Positions 27,663 through 37,523 of a stretch of 64,000 bases of DNA are shown here, in pieces (position 1 is the first letter of the stretch; every line of letters begins with the position of its first letter). Made by a program: the position numbers and the translations under genes. Under the pieces are notes generated by a model, which saw only the letters and a program-made list of their open reading frames with translations, was not told the origin of the DNA and ran no database searches. Where the stretch lies: positions 23,988 to 87,987 of the forward strand of contig DUSI01000010.1 of NCBI GenBank assembly GCA_012842685.1. The letters run 5' to 3'. This DNA is from Candidatus Fermentithermobacillaceae bacterium (GTDB lineage: Bacteria > Bacillota > Sulfobacillia > Fermentithermobacillales > Fermentithermobacillaceae).

Positions 27663-28736
27663 TTGGACCAGCGGCTGGAGCTTCTCAAGGAGATCTCCGA
27701 GCTCCCGGGCGTCTCCGGGTTTGAAGACGAAGTCAGAGAGTACATAAAGAACAAGATGTCCGGCCTCTGTGAGATAAGCCGGGACAACCTCGGCAGCATC
27801 ATCTGCAAGAAGGCCGGTACGTCTGAGAGGCCCCGGATCATGCTCGCGGGGCACATGGACGAGATCGGCATGATGGTGACCTACATAACGGAGGAAGGTT
27901 TCCTCAAGTTCCAGACCCTCGGTGGCTGGTGGGAGCAGGTTATGCTGGCCCAGCGGGTTACTGTGAAGACGCGCTCGGGAGACGTCTTGGGGATCATAGG
28001 CTCCAAGCCTCCCCACATCCTCCGGAACGGGGATAGGAACAAGGTCACCCAGAAGACGGAGATGTTCATAGACATCGGGGCATCCAGCAGGGAAGACGCC
28101 GAGGCGATGGGGGTTATGCCCGGAGACCCGGTGATCCCGGTATCTCCCTTTGCCCAGATGAAAAACCCCAAGTACCTGGTGGGAAAAGCGTGGGATGACC
28201 GCATCGGGTGCGCCGTCTTCATGGAGGTTATAAGGGACCTCCAGGGCAAGGAACATCCCAATACCGTTTACGGTGTGGGGACGGTGCAGGAAGAACCCGG
28301 TTTGAGAGGCGCCATGACGAGCGTCTCCCTGGTAGAGCCCGACATCGCCTTCGCCATCGAGATCGACATCGCCGGAGATACTCCCGGTGTGAAGCCCCAC
28401 GAGGCCCAGTCGAAGCTGGGGAAGGGGCCGAGTATCCTTCTCTACGATTCGACCATGATAGCTCACAGGAGACTTAGGGATTTCGTGGTGGATACCGCCC
28501 GCTCTTTGGGGCTTAAGCCCCAGTTCAACACGATGCCGGGTGGAGGAACCGACGCAGGAAGGTTCCATACGTACAAGGCGGGAGTTCCGAGCCTGGTGGT
28601 GGGGGTGCCTGCGAGGTACATCCACAGCCACTCAGGTATAATCCATAAGGACGACTTCGACGCGACGGTGACCCTGATGACCGAAGTGGTCATGAGGCTC
28701 GACCGGAGCGCAGTCGAAGCCATAAAAGGGGAGTAG
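27663..28736 (+). CDS. M42-family metallo-aminopeptidase (glutamyl-aminopeptidase/FrvX-like)
   Basis: [30 protein letters not shown]; TTG start 7 nt after AAGGGAGG (the track start GTG 27603 has no RBS). Confidence 0.85.
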   Translation: MDQRLELLKEISELPGVSGFEDEVREYIKNKMSGLCEISRDNLGSIICKKAGTSERPRIMLAGHMDEIGMMVTYITEEGFLKFQTLGGWWEQVMLAQRVTVKTRSGDVLGIIGSKPPHILRNGDRNKVTQKTEMFIDIGASSREDAEAMGVMPGDPVIPVSPFAQMKNPKYLVGKAWDDRIGCAVFMEVIRDLQGKEHPNTVYGVGTVQEEPGLRGAMTSVSLVEPDIAFAIEIDIAGDTPGVKPHEAQSKLGKGPSILLYDSTMIAHRRLRDFVVDTARSLGLKPQFNTMPGGGTDAGRFHTYKAGVPSLVVGVPARYIHSHSGIIHKDDFDATVTLMTEVVMRLDRSAVEAIKGE

Positions 28737-28740
28737 CGGA

Positions 28741-29193
28741 TTGGTAGAGAGGACACTGGTATTACTCAAACCTGATGCGGTGGCCAGGGGGCTTTGCGGC
28801 GAGATCGTATCCAGGTTCGAGAAGAAGGGCCTGAGGCTCGCGGCGATGAAGCTCATGAAGGTCGACGAAGACCTGGCCAAGAGGCACTACGCCATGCACG
28901 AGGGCAAGCCGTTCTTCCAGAGCCTCATCGAGTACATTACGGCCCTGCCTATCGTGGCGATGGTCCTGGAAGGCCCGAATGCCATAGCTACGGTGAGGAC
29001 CATAATGGGCGCGACCGACCCGGCCAAAGCAGCGCCGGGGACGATCAGAGGAGATTTCGGACTGGACATCTCCAACAACCTGGTACACGGGTCCGATTCG
29101 GAAGAGTCGGCGAAGCGCGAGATCGCCCTGTTCTTCAAAGAAGAAGAGATCCTGTCTTGGGTGCGGCCCCAGGAGAAATACATAACCGGCTGA
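28741..29193 (+). CDS. ndk: nucleoside diphosphate kinase
   Basis: [19 protein letters not shown] (active-site His); TTG start after AAGGGGAG, 4 nt after the M42 stop. Confidence 0.9.
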   Translation: MVERTLVLLKPDAVARGLCGEIVSRFEKKGLRLAAMKLMKVDEDLAKRHYAMHEGKPFFQSLIEYITALPIVAMVLEGPNAIATVRTIMGATDPAKAAPGTIRGDFGLDISNNLVHGSDSEESAKREIALFFKEEEILSWVRPQEKYITG

Positions 29194-29258
29194 GACTCAT
29201 CTCGTCCGGTAGTCTCTGGGGGGCTCCAGGCGATATGCCGTAGCCCTTGAGGCGTTTT

Positions 29259-29306
29259 CCGGGGAGGCCGCTTCGGTATGCATGGCTTCTAGAAGCGGCC
29301 TCCCGG
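29259..29306. repeat. perfect 15-bp inverted repeat (ccggggaggccgcttc / gaagcggcctcccgg) with a 17-nt loop containing the ATGCAT palindrome
   Basis: read directly; located between ndk and the DUF72 gene, with no T-run on either side. Confidence 0.6.
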
Positions 29307-29329
29307 TCGTCGTGGGGGGAGAGGTACCC

Positions 29330-30148
29330 TTGGGAGCGGAAACGGCCAAGAAAGGCCGGATATATGTCGGGACAGCGGGTTTCAGCTACTCTGACTGGAA
29401 AGGGGTCTTCTACCCGGAGAGCCTGTCGCCCCGCCAGTTCCTGGAGTACTACTCGGGACGATTCCCATGCGTGGAGATAGACTTCACGTACTACCGCCAG
29501 CCGTCTCCAAAGACCATGGGAAGTATGGCCTCCAGGGTGGGGCCCGATTTTCGGTTTACGGTGAAGGCCCACCGGACTATCACCCACGAGATTCCCTCCC
29601 CGAGCGAACTCGAAAAAGAGATAGCCACGTTTGTTGAAGGCATAACTCCCATGGCGGAAGCGGGCGTCTTGGGATGTGTGTTGTACCAGTTCCCGTGGTC
29701 CTTTAGGTATTCAAGAGAAAACCTCGCTTACGTTAGTTCTCTTGGGAGCCTCATAACGCTTGCCCCCGCGGTTGTCGAATTTCGCAATGCCAGCTGGGCG
29801 AGGGACGACGTCTACAGGGCCCTACGGGACTCAGGGACGGGTTTCTGCTGCGTAGACGAGCCGAGCCTCCCGGGTCTCTTTCCGAAGGTCGCGGTCGTCA
29901 CGTCAAACCTGGCTTACGTGAGGTTTCACGGGAGAAACGCGGCCAAATGGTTTAACCACAAGGAAGCCTGGGAGCGTTACGACTACCTCTACAGCGACGA
30001 AGAGATGATGCCCTGGGTAAGCCGGATACGGAACATGGAAGAAAAGGCCGACGAGGTGTACGTCATGTACAACAACTGCCACAGGGGGCAGGCGGCCCTA
30101 AACGCCCTGCGCATGCAGGAGCTCTTGGGGCTGGAGCCGGCCGAGTGA
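29330..30148 (+). CDS. DUF72 (YecE-like) family protein
   Basis: IYVGTAGFSYSDWKGVFYP hallmark; TTG start 5 nt after GGGGGGAGAGG (the track ATG 29282 lies inside the hairpin). Confidence 0.8.
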   Translation: MGAETAKKGRIYVGTAGFSYSDWKGVFYPESLSPRQFLEYYSGRFPCVEIDFTYYRQPSPKTMGSMASRVGPDFRFTVKAHRTITHEIPSPSELEKEIATFVEGITPMAEAGVLGCVLYQFPWSFRYSRENLAYVSSLGSLITLAPAVVEFRNASWARDDVYRALRDSGTGFCCVDEPSLPGLFPKVAVVTSNLAYVRFHGRNAAKWFNHKEAWERYDYLYSDEEMMPWVSRIRNMEEKADEVYVMYNNCHRGQAALNALRMQELLGLEPAE

Positions 30149-30179
30149 GAAACCCTGCCGCAGCTATCTTGTCCGCTAG

Positions 30180-31517
30180 TCAGAGGCGCGGCACCGCGAG
30201 GTAGAAGACCCCGAGGACAACCAAGAAACCCACGAGGACCGGCCAGTTCCTCTTGTATACATCCTGCAGGCTTACGTTGTAATACTGGCACGTCAGGATC
30301 TGGCACATGTGGAGCGGCGAGAAAAAGTAGGACGTGAAGGAGCTCCCGTATATGAGAGACGTAAGGCCCAGTCTGATCGCTTCGCTTCCTGATGAAGGGA
30401 CGAAGATGGGCACCAGCACGCTGAGCGTAGCCTGCTGTGACGCGTTGGCGTACCCGAAGGCCAGCGGCAGCAAGATGGCCAGCAGGGCGGTGGGTATCCC
30501 GGCAGCGGTGGCTTTGTCCACCAGGTCCCTGAACACGGGCGCCATCTCTACGAATGACCTAAAGGCCATGATCCAGAACATCGCCACGACCTGGCTAAGG
30601 TTCGCTCCCTTGAGCAGCATGTCCCGGGGCGGGAGAGGCCGCTTTTGCCAGAGGGCGAGCGCCAGGGCGATGGCCATGCCTCCGGTGAGGGCGAGCCAGA
30701 GGGGGAGACTGAGGGCCATCCCGAAGGCAAGCGCCAGAAGGAGGGGGCCTCCGTATATGAGGAATTCCCTGAGCCCGTCGAGGCGCGTTTTTCCCCTGGA
30801 CTCCCCGGAGACGAGCGCACCTGCTTGCCCGGCCCTTTCCCCTACGTTGGGATCTCCGGACAGGGTGGCTGAGGCCTCCCGCGCTCCTTTTTCGTCCCGC
30901 CCGAAAGAGGCATGATGGCCAGCCGGCGCTTTATGCAGGAGGGCGAAGTACCCTACACCCCAGAGGGCCAGCGACATGGGCCACATCTTGGCTATGAGAC
31001 GGGGCACGGAAAAACCCGTGAGCTTGGATGTCAGGATGAGACTCGTGGAGAAGGGGAAAACGAAGAACATCCCGTGTCTGAAGACCAGGTTGATGGCGGC
31101 CTTCTGATCAGGGCCGAGGCCCAGCGGGCGCCCGAGCTTGTCTACCAGGGGCGCGGAGAGGGCTGCGCCGCCCAGGACCGGCATGGTGCCCACCAGGGCA
31201 GGCACCGCCATGAGCGCCGCTTTCACGTTCCCCAGCAAGGCCGTGAGGCCTTCGACCGCACGGTCGAGAAACCCTGTCGCCTGCATGATCGTGGAAAAAA
31301 GGCCGATGGACAGGACCGCTGCGGCGAGCTCACATGTGGCTTTGTCAGTGAAAGAACGCCAGATCACGGAAAGGGCTTCCCCGGCCTCTAATCCCGAGGT
31401 AAGCGCCATTATCGCCGTGGCGATGAACATCACTATGTGGAGGCGCACACCCTTCATCGACAATATGAGGAGTGCCGCGAACGCTAGGATGACTCCGGCT
31501 TGGACCACTGCTTTCAC
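30180..31517 (-). CDS. multi-pass membrane permease-like protein (family unresolved)
   Basis: ~12 hydrophobic segments; start overlaps the comB-like stop by 4 nt (operon). Confidence 0.65.
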   Translation of the reverse strand: MKAVVQAGVILAFAALLILSMKGVRLHIVMFIATAIMALTSGLEAGEALSVIWRSFTDKATCELAAAVLSIGLFSTIMQATGFLDRAVEGLTALLGNVKAALMAVPALVGTMPVLGGAALSAPLVDKLGRPLGLGPDQKAAINLVFRHGMFFVFPFSTSLILTSKLTGFSVPRLIAKMWPMSLALWGVGYFALLHKAPAGHHASFGRDEKGAREASATLSGDPNVGERAGQAGALVSGESRGKTRLDGLREFLIYGGPLLLALAFGMALSLPLWLALTGGMAIALALALWQKRPLPPRDMLLKGANLSQVVAMFWIMAFRSFVEMAPVFRDLVDKATAAGIPTALLAILLPLAFGYANASQQATLSVLVPIFVPSSGSEAIRLGLTSLIYGSSFTSYFFSPLHMCQILTCQYYNVSLQDVYKRNWPVLVGFLVVLGVFYLAVPRL

Positions 31518-32290
31518 CTCTGGTCAAGGGCTACGATCGCTTTTCCTGTGAATGCGGGTACGACGCTCATCGAGTCAATCGCTGCGGCGCGCCGAAGGTC
31601 CTCGCCGAAGCCGATCTCCATAAGGTCCCGGCCGTGAGGCGAGTCCTGGAGTATCCTGAGGATGTCTCCCCGGTAGCTCTCGAAAACCTCTGCCGCTTTC
31701 CTGGCGGTCTCGTCCATGGAGACCGCCCCTTTGGGCTCCAGGTTGAGGACCGATTTTGCCAGTGCGCCGGCGCAGGCGAAGTCTTCGAGGGAGGGCTCGC
31801 CGTGGCTCCCCGAGCAGATTATGGTGAGGCCTTTGCCTTCGCGGGACATCTCCTGCCATGCCCTTTTCGCCACGGCGCTAAGGTTGAGAAAAGACGCGAT
31901 GAACACCGGCCCTGCTCCTCCTCGCTCGGCCGCCAGTATCGCCTTGGTGCCGTTAGAGGTTGTCATTATGACCCGCTTACCCGCGACAGCCTGGGGCGAG
32001 TAGTCGCCGGGTGAGTTCCCCAGGTCGAAGCCTTCGATCTTCCTGCTCCGGATCTCCCCTCCCAGGAGGGCATCCGGGTGAGCGGCCTTGAGTGCCAGCG
32101 CCTCTTCTTTGCTCGAGGCAGGGATAACCCCGCGGCAGCCAGAAGAAATCGCCGTGACAATAGAGGAGGTTGCTCTCAGGACGTCGATAACCACTGCCGC
32201 GTTTCCGGTGAGACAAGACGCCGTGATGGGCGCCGGAGTTTCGAGAACGGATATCGTGAGCAGCTCGTACACCTCCGTCATATCAACCAT
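31514..32290 (-). CDS. comB: 2-phosphosulfolactate phosphatase (ComB) family protein
   Basis: VVIDVLRATSSI, FDLGNSP, TTSNGT motifs. Confidence 0.75.
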   Translation of the reverse strand: MVDMTEVYELLTISVLETPAPITASCLTGNAAVVIDVLRATSSIVTAISSGCRGVIPASSKEEALALKAAHPDALLGGEIRSRKIEGFDLGNSPGDYSPQAVAGKRVIMTTSNGTKAILAAERGGAGPVFIASFLNLSAVAKRAWQEMSREGKGLTIICSGSHGEPSLEDFACAGALAKSVLNLEPKGAVSMDETARKAAEVFESYRGDILRILQDSPHGRDLMEIGFGEDLRRAAAIDSMSVVPAFTGKAIVALDQR

Positions 32291-32319
32291 TATACGTGTT
32301 TATCGGGGAGGTGGGCTAG

Positions 32320-34947
32320 TTGAGGAAAAAGCACTCAGGTTCGGAGCCGGTAGCGGAACGATCCATGCTCCCTGTCCCGGACTATATCGCGTTTGACCTG
32401 GAGACGACCGGGCTTTCGCCCGATGATGATGAGATCTTGGAGGTTGCGTTCATCCGCTTCGAAGACGGCGAACCCGTGGAGCGGTGGTCGACGCTGCTGA
32501 ATCCGGGGAGGCCGGTGCCTCTCAAGACTCTCCGCCTGACCCATATCGAACTCGGCGACATAGAACAGAGCCCGGCGTTTGAGGACGTTTGCCAGCGTCT
32601 TATGGAGATGTGTGAGAGCCTCCCTCTCGTCGGCCACAATGCTTCTTTCGATACCGCCTTCCTGCAAAGGAGGCTTGAGGGCTTCCCCCGCGTTCCGGTT
32701 TACGACACGTTGGAGCTCTCCCGGATCGTTTTCCCGGGGTACAAGACCTACAAGCTGGGGGAGCTCGCCCAGGCCCTGGGGATCCCGCTCAAGGACGCCC
32801 ACAGGGCCTACGACGACGCCGAAGTGGCGGGTAAGGTCTTTGCCCTGCTGCAGAAGCGTATCCTCGCCATGGATAGGTGGCTGAGGGAAACCGTGGTCTC
32901 AATAATGGGAGACGGCTGGGTTCCGGGGCGCCTATTTGCCTTCGAGGAGACGGGACCCTCGATGCGGCCGCTGTTCCGCAAGCCGGGCGCACTGTGGCCT
33001 GAGCTTCCGGGGAGCGCGCATCAATGGGAAGATCTCGCAGGCAGCGAAGAAAGCGCCGGACCAGGAAAGGAACCGGGTTGCGGAGGCGATACGGAAGGCG
33101 CTTCGGACGATGGGGTCTGTCCGGACACTTCTTCAGATAAGGAAGATGAAACAAGACGCCTTGGGGCGAGGCTCGCCGAGATCCTGGATTCGGTAGACCA
33201 CGGCGTGTGCGTCGTGGACGCCCCTCTCACTGTCCCTCTGGCGGGCGCCGTCGCCAGAGCTATTGCGGAGTGGTCCGGCCGCACGGGAGGAAGAGCCCTT
33301 CTTGCCGGGTTCCCCGATGCTCATCTCCCGGCAGGTATCCCCCGGACGGCTTTTCCTGAGGACTATATCTGCCTCTGGAAGTTCAACCAGGCGCTTGCCC
33401 TGGCCGGGCAGGGGTTTCTCAGGGAGAGCGACGTTGAAGACAGGCGTTTCCTGGCTGCCCTGGCAGTGTGGCTCCATACGACGGGGAGCGGCGATATGGG
33501 CGAAGTCCAGGTAGCCGGGAGGGCACATGTAGTCCGGGCCGAGATCTCATGCCCGCGGGACATGAGGTGCAGGCACGCATGTCCCCAGAAGGACGCCTGC
33601 CGCTACCTTCTGGCCGAGAAAAGGTCCGGCTCATCTCCCGTCAGGAGGGCGAGTCTCTACCGGGCCGTGGGGGCGCCCGGCGGTTTCGATAGGGTGATCG
33701 TGTGGGACGCCCAGGAACTCCAGAGGATATGGCAGTACAGAGATCCGAGGGTCGATCTCTTGGTCCTCAAGGAGACCCTTGCTTCCGCCCAGGCAACCGG
33801 GGCCATCCCGGCCGTCCAGGAACTCTTGACTACCGCCTTACGAGACCTTTCTGCAGGAGTGGCTTCGGCGGCGACGGTCCGCGCAGCCGCCGAGGCCAAA
33901 GAACGGCTCGCTGAGGCGGTGTCCTCTTTGCGGGAGAGGCTCGAAAAAGAATACGCGTTCCTCACCGAAGGCGAGAGTGAGTGGGAAGGACGGCCCGACC
34001 CACCGCTCGTGTTCGAGAAGCTCCATTACCTGGAGAGGGCCTGTGAGGCTCTCAGCGCCTTCTTGAGCCCTTCTCCCGGAGAGGTTCAGGTAATCGAGCC
34101 GGTTTACGCAGGAGAGGTCCAAGGGGCCGCCGTCGCGTTGAGGACCCTCTGGCCTGCCCAAGAGGCGGTCAAGGCCATAAGGAGCAGCGCTTTGACTGTG
34201 ATCCTCTCGGACGTGGCGCTTCAGGCGGCTTCCAGCGCAGGCGGGCGCCGCCTGGTCCTGGGGACGGACGCACACGTCCTCAGCCTGGGGGAGAGACCGC
34301 GCGACCATGGCCGGCCTTCGCACCTCGTCTTGTGGAGCGTCGATACAAAGGCGCCCGCGTCGGGCCCGGGATTTCTGGAATACGCCTCGGGCCTTATACG
34401 CCGCTTGGTTTCAAAGGTCAGAAAGGGGCTTCTCGTCCTGGTGCCTTCGAGGGCCCAGCTCAGGGAAATCTACGAAGCGCTTTCGCCCGAACTCGAGCGG
34501 GAAGGCGTGGCGGTTTACGCCCAGGGCATCGACGGAGGACACAGGATCGTCGAGCACCTGGACGAGGAAGATTCGATGGTCCTCGCTTACGGCTGGTCGC
34601 CCGGCGAAGACGGCTTTATCCCGGCCTGCCTTGTTGTAACGAAGGTGCCTTTCGCTCCCCCTAACCCGGTAGATAGCGCCAGGAGGAGGGAGCTTTCAGG
34701 CGAGGGGCTGGACGGCTTCGTAGAGGTGAGCGTCCGTCCGGCGGCGCTGACTATCCGGACGTATGCCGAGAGGATGTTGGCGGGAGGAGGGAGGAGGGCG
34801 CTCATCCTGGCCGACCCGAGGGTTTCTCCGGGCGGATCCAAGTGGGCGGGCGAATTCCTCAGGTCTCTCGAGGGCTTTCCAAGAGAGTGCGGTCCGGTAG
34901 AATACGTTCTAAACAGGGTTTCCAGGCACCTTTCCGGCGAATCCTAA
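32320..34947 (+). CDS. DnaQ-like 3'-5' exonuclease fused to a DinG/XPD-like helicase domain with degenerate ATPase motifs
   Basis: Exo I-III DEDDh motifs (AFDLETTGL, HNASFDTAFL, HRAYDDAEV); Cys4 cluster CPRDMRCRHACPQKDAC; no canonical Walker A; C-terminal DinG-like motif region. Confidence 0.8.
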   Translation: MRKKHSGSEPVAERSMLPVPDYIAFDLETTGLSPDDDEILEVAFIRFEDGEPVERWSTLLNPGRPVPLKTLRLTHIELGDIEQSPAFEDVCQRLMEMCESLPLVGHNASFDTAFLQRRLEGFPRVPVYDTLELSRIVFPGYKTYKLGELAQALGIPLKDAHRAYDDAEVAGKVFALLQKRILAMDRWLRETVVSIMGDGWVPGRLFAFEETGPSMRPLFRKPGALWPELPGSAHQWEDLAGSEESAGPGKEPGCGGDTEGASDDGVCPDTSSDKEDETRRLGARLAEILDSVDHGVCVVDAPLTVPLAGAVARAIAEWSGRTGGRALLAGFPDAHLPAGIPRTAFPEDYICLWKFNQALALAGQGFLRESDVEDRRFLAALAVWLHTTGSGDMGEVQVAGRAHVVRAEISCPRDMRCRHACPQKDACRYLLAEKRSGSSPVRRASLYRAVGAPGGFDRVIVWDAQELQRIWQYRDPRVDLLVLKETLASAQATGAIPAVQELLTTALRDLSAGVASAATVRAAAEAKERLAEAVSSLRERLEKEYAFLTEGESEWEGRPDPPLVFEKLHYLERACEALSAFLSPSPGEVQVIEPVYAGEVQGAAVALRTLWPAQEAVKAIRSSALTVILSDVALQAASSAGGRRLVLGTDAHVLSLGERPRDHGRPSHLVLWSVDTKAPASGPGFLEYASGLIRRLVSKVRKGLLVLVPSRAQLREIYEALSPELEREGVAVYAQGIDGGHRIVEHLDEEDSMVLAYGWSPGEDGFIPACLVVTKVPFAPPNPVDSARRRELSGEGLDGFVEVSVRPAALTIRTYAERMLAGGGRRALILADPRVSPGGSKWAGEFLRSLEGFPRECGPVEYVLNRVSRHLSGES

Positions 34948-35010
34948 GTCAGGTTGGAGCCGGCTACGCAGCCGAGAACTAAAGGAGGAAACCGGGACGG
35001 GGAAATCGAC

Positions 35011-35790
35011 ATGAGGCTTCTCATTACCAACGACGACGGGATAAACGCCCCCGGCCTGTGGGCTTTGGTTGAACGGGCCGTCAAAAACCGAGATATCCAT
35101 GTGACCGTTGTCGCTCCCGACAGGGAGCGCAGCGCGACGGGCCATGCCATAAGCATCCACCAACCCATAGACCTCAAGGAGGTGCCTTTCGACTGCCCTC
35201 GTGCCAGGGTTTTCGCCACAAGCGGTACGCCCGCTGACTGCGTCAAACTGGCCGTGGAAGGCATCATGGAGGAAAAGCCGGACTTCCTCATATCGGGCAT
35301 AAACCGGGGCCCGAACCTGGGGACTGATGTGTTCTACTCGGGCACCGTCTCCGCGGCCCTGGAAGGCGCCCTCCTGGGGGTTAAGTCCATGGCCATCTCT
35401 CTAGCCGCTTTCGAGAACCTAGACTATTCCGTCGCGGCCGATTTCGCCATTGAGCAAGCCTTGTGCGCTGCAAACGAAGAAGCGTGGCCCATCCTGGTGA
35501 ACGTCAATGTGCCGGCTATATCTAAGGAAAGCATCGCCGGCGTGGCCATAACCAGGCTGGGGGTGCTGGTCTACAAAGACGCCATAAACAAGAGGGAAGA
35601 TCCCCTCGGGAGACAGTGGTACTGGATCTCGGGGGTCGTGGTGGATAATGGAGAGGTAAACGATACCGACATCTGCGCCATAAGGAGAAACCTCATCTCC
35701 ATAACGCCCCTGAGGGTAGACCTCACCGATCTAAGCGGCATAGAGAACCTGTCCAGGTGCTCCTTCCGGTGGCCACCTGAGGAATCATGA
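35011..35790 (+). CDS. surE: 5'/3'-nucleotidase SurE
   Basis: MRLLITNDDGI N-terminus, SATGHAIS. Confidence 0.9.
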   Translation: MRLLITNDDGINAPGLWALVERAVKNRDIHVTVVAPDRERSATGHAISIHQPIDLKEVPFDCPRARVFATSGTPADCVKLAVEGIMEEKPDFLISGINRGPNLGTDVFYSGTVSAALEGALLGVKSMAISLAAFENLDYSVAADFAIEQALCAANEEAWPILVNVNVPAISKESIAGVAITRLGVLVYKDAINKREDPLGRQWYWISGVVVDNGEVNDTDICAIRRNLISITPLRVDLTDLSGIENLSRCSFRWPPEES

Positions 35791-36257
35791 ACTACCGCCT
35801 CAGGGACATATACAAGCACCAGGAGGTGGGTGCTATGGTGAGTCCTCCCGGCAGGCGTCCCTCCGGCAGGTGGTCGTCCAGGAAAAAAGTGGAGGAAGGC
35901 TTTTCCCTGAAGGTAGCGGGCAAAGGCGTCCTATGGGCGGTTGGGCTCGCGGCCTTGCTGGCGGTCGTCGCGTCTGGTGTTGTGTATATGTCGAGCCTCG
36001 ACGAAAGGATCCTCTCCTGGGTCGTAGATGTTGGCAGCTTCGCTATTTTGGGCCTCAGCTCGTTTGTCACGGCCAGGCGTCAGGCGGGCTACGGGCTCGT
36101 CTACGGGCTGGCGATAGGGGCGGGTTACGCGGTGGTGACGCTCGTAATAGGCGCGGTCTTCTTCAGACCCCTACCCGGATTCGGCGTGTTCCTCAAGAGA
36201 CTCGGCTTTTCTCTGCTCGCGGGGGCGATTGGAGGCATCGTGGGCGTCAACGCGTGA
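35787..36257 (+). CDS. hypothetical membrane protein (4 hydrophobic segments)
   Basis: hydropathy pattern only; overlaps the surE stop by 4 nt. Confidence 0.55.
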   Translation: MNYRLRDIYKHQEVGAMVSPPGRRPSGRWSSRKKVEEGFSLKVAGKGVLWAVGLAALLAVVASGVVYMSSLDERILSWVVDVGSFAILGLSSFVTARRQAGYGLVYGLAIGAGYAVVTLVIGAVFFRPLPGFGVFLKRLGFSLLAGAIGGIVGVNA

Positions 36258-36329
36258 CACGCTGCTGGTATAAACTCCCTGGCCCCGGAGGAAACATAGA
36301 AGGACGAACCCTCACGGGAGGTCCTTCTA

Positions 36330-37466
36330 TTGGGTTTTGCTGGCGCAAAGCGAGTGCTCAGGGCGGCACTTGTGGGCGTTCTCGTCATATCGGCCCTCGT
36401 TTCACAGGTACCGGGGCTCGCGCGGCCTGCCGTCGCGGCGGGAAGCGATCTGTCTTCTCTTTTTTCCTCGGGGAGACTTATCCGCCGGGGAGACAGGGGA
36501 GACCTGGTCAGACTCCTCCAGGAAGCTCTGGCGGCGTGCGGCTATAGAGTCAGCGCCGACGGGGTGTTCGGTCCCCAGACCGAGTCCGCGGTAAAGGAGT
36601 TCCAAAGGCAAAGCGGCCTCTACGTCGACGGTGTTGCCGGTCCGAAGACCCTGGCGGCGCTGGAGAAAGCCTATTACCGGGCAAACCCGCCGGATAAACA
36701 CATCGTAAAGCCCGGCGAGACCCTTTCCGCCATAGCGAGCCGCTACGGGACGACCGTAGAGGTCCTCGCCAGGCTAAACCGCATTTCCAATCCCGACAGA
36801 GTGTACGTCGGACAGGTCTTGCTGATATCCAAAGGAGAAGAGGAGCAGGAGGAGCCCGCCGAGCCGCCTTACGAACGGCCGCACGAACCGCCTGCCGTGG
36901 AGCCCTTGCCTGCCCCGGAGAAACGAATCTGCCTGACCTTTGACGACGGTCCCGACCTCACGACCACGAGGCCCATCCTGGCTATCCTCAGGCAGTACGG
37001 CATAAAGGCGACGTTTTTCCTTATCGGGGAGCGGGTCTTGCGTTACCCCGAGCTGGCCAGGGAGATCGCCGAAGAAGGCCATGTGATCGGGGTACACGGG
37101 TTCGAGCACAAACCTCTCGCGGGCCTTCCGGCTTCGGAAGTCAGGAGAGACCTGGCGAAGGCCCGTGACGCCATAGTCGAAACTACCGGTGTGACCCCGT
37201 ACCTCTACCGTCCTCCCCTTGGAGCGCTTGATGAGACGCAGGTTATCGAGGCTTCAAAACTGGACATGCGAGTCACAATGTGGACCAACATCGGCGGGGC
37301 TGACCTGGGGGCAAGTTCCGCCGAAGAGGTCGTGTCCAGGACCGTGTCCCGAGCCACGGATGGGGGCATCATCATGCTCCACGAAGGCCTCCAGCACACC
37401 GTGGAGGCCCTCCCGACCATCATAGAAACCCTCGCGAGGCTCGGCTACGGTTTCCAGAATCCTTAG
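36330..37466 (+). CDS. secreted polysaccharide deacetylase (NodB) with peptidoglycan-binding (PGBD1) and LysM domains
   Basis: signal peptide; PG-binding repeat (DGVFGPQTESAVKEFQ), LysM (HIVKPGETLSAIASRYG), NodB motif ICLTFDDGP. Confidence 0.85.
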   Translation: MGFAGAKRVLRAALVGVLVISALVSQVPGLARPAVAAGSDLSSLFSSGRLIRRGDRGDLVRLLQEALAACGYRVSADGVFGPQTESAVKEFQRQSGLYVDGVAGPKTLAALEKAYYRANPPDKHIVKPGETLSAIASRYGTTVEVLARLNRISNPDRVYVGQVLLISKGEEEQEEPAEPPYERPHEPPAVEPLPAPEKRICLTFDDGPDLTTTRPILAILRQYGIKATFFLIGERVLRYPELAREIAEEGHVIGVHGFEHKPLAGLPASEVRRDLAKARDAIVETTGVTPYLYRPPLGALDETQVIEASKLDMRVTMWTNIGGADLGASSAEEVVSRTVSRATDGGIIMLHEGLQHTVEALPTIIETLARLGYGFQNP

Positions 37467-37523
37467 CTTGCGGCCCGATAGGGGGATACCACGTGACAAG
37501 AGACCCCACGGGGGCCTCCGGCC

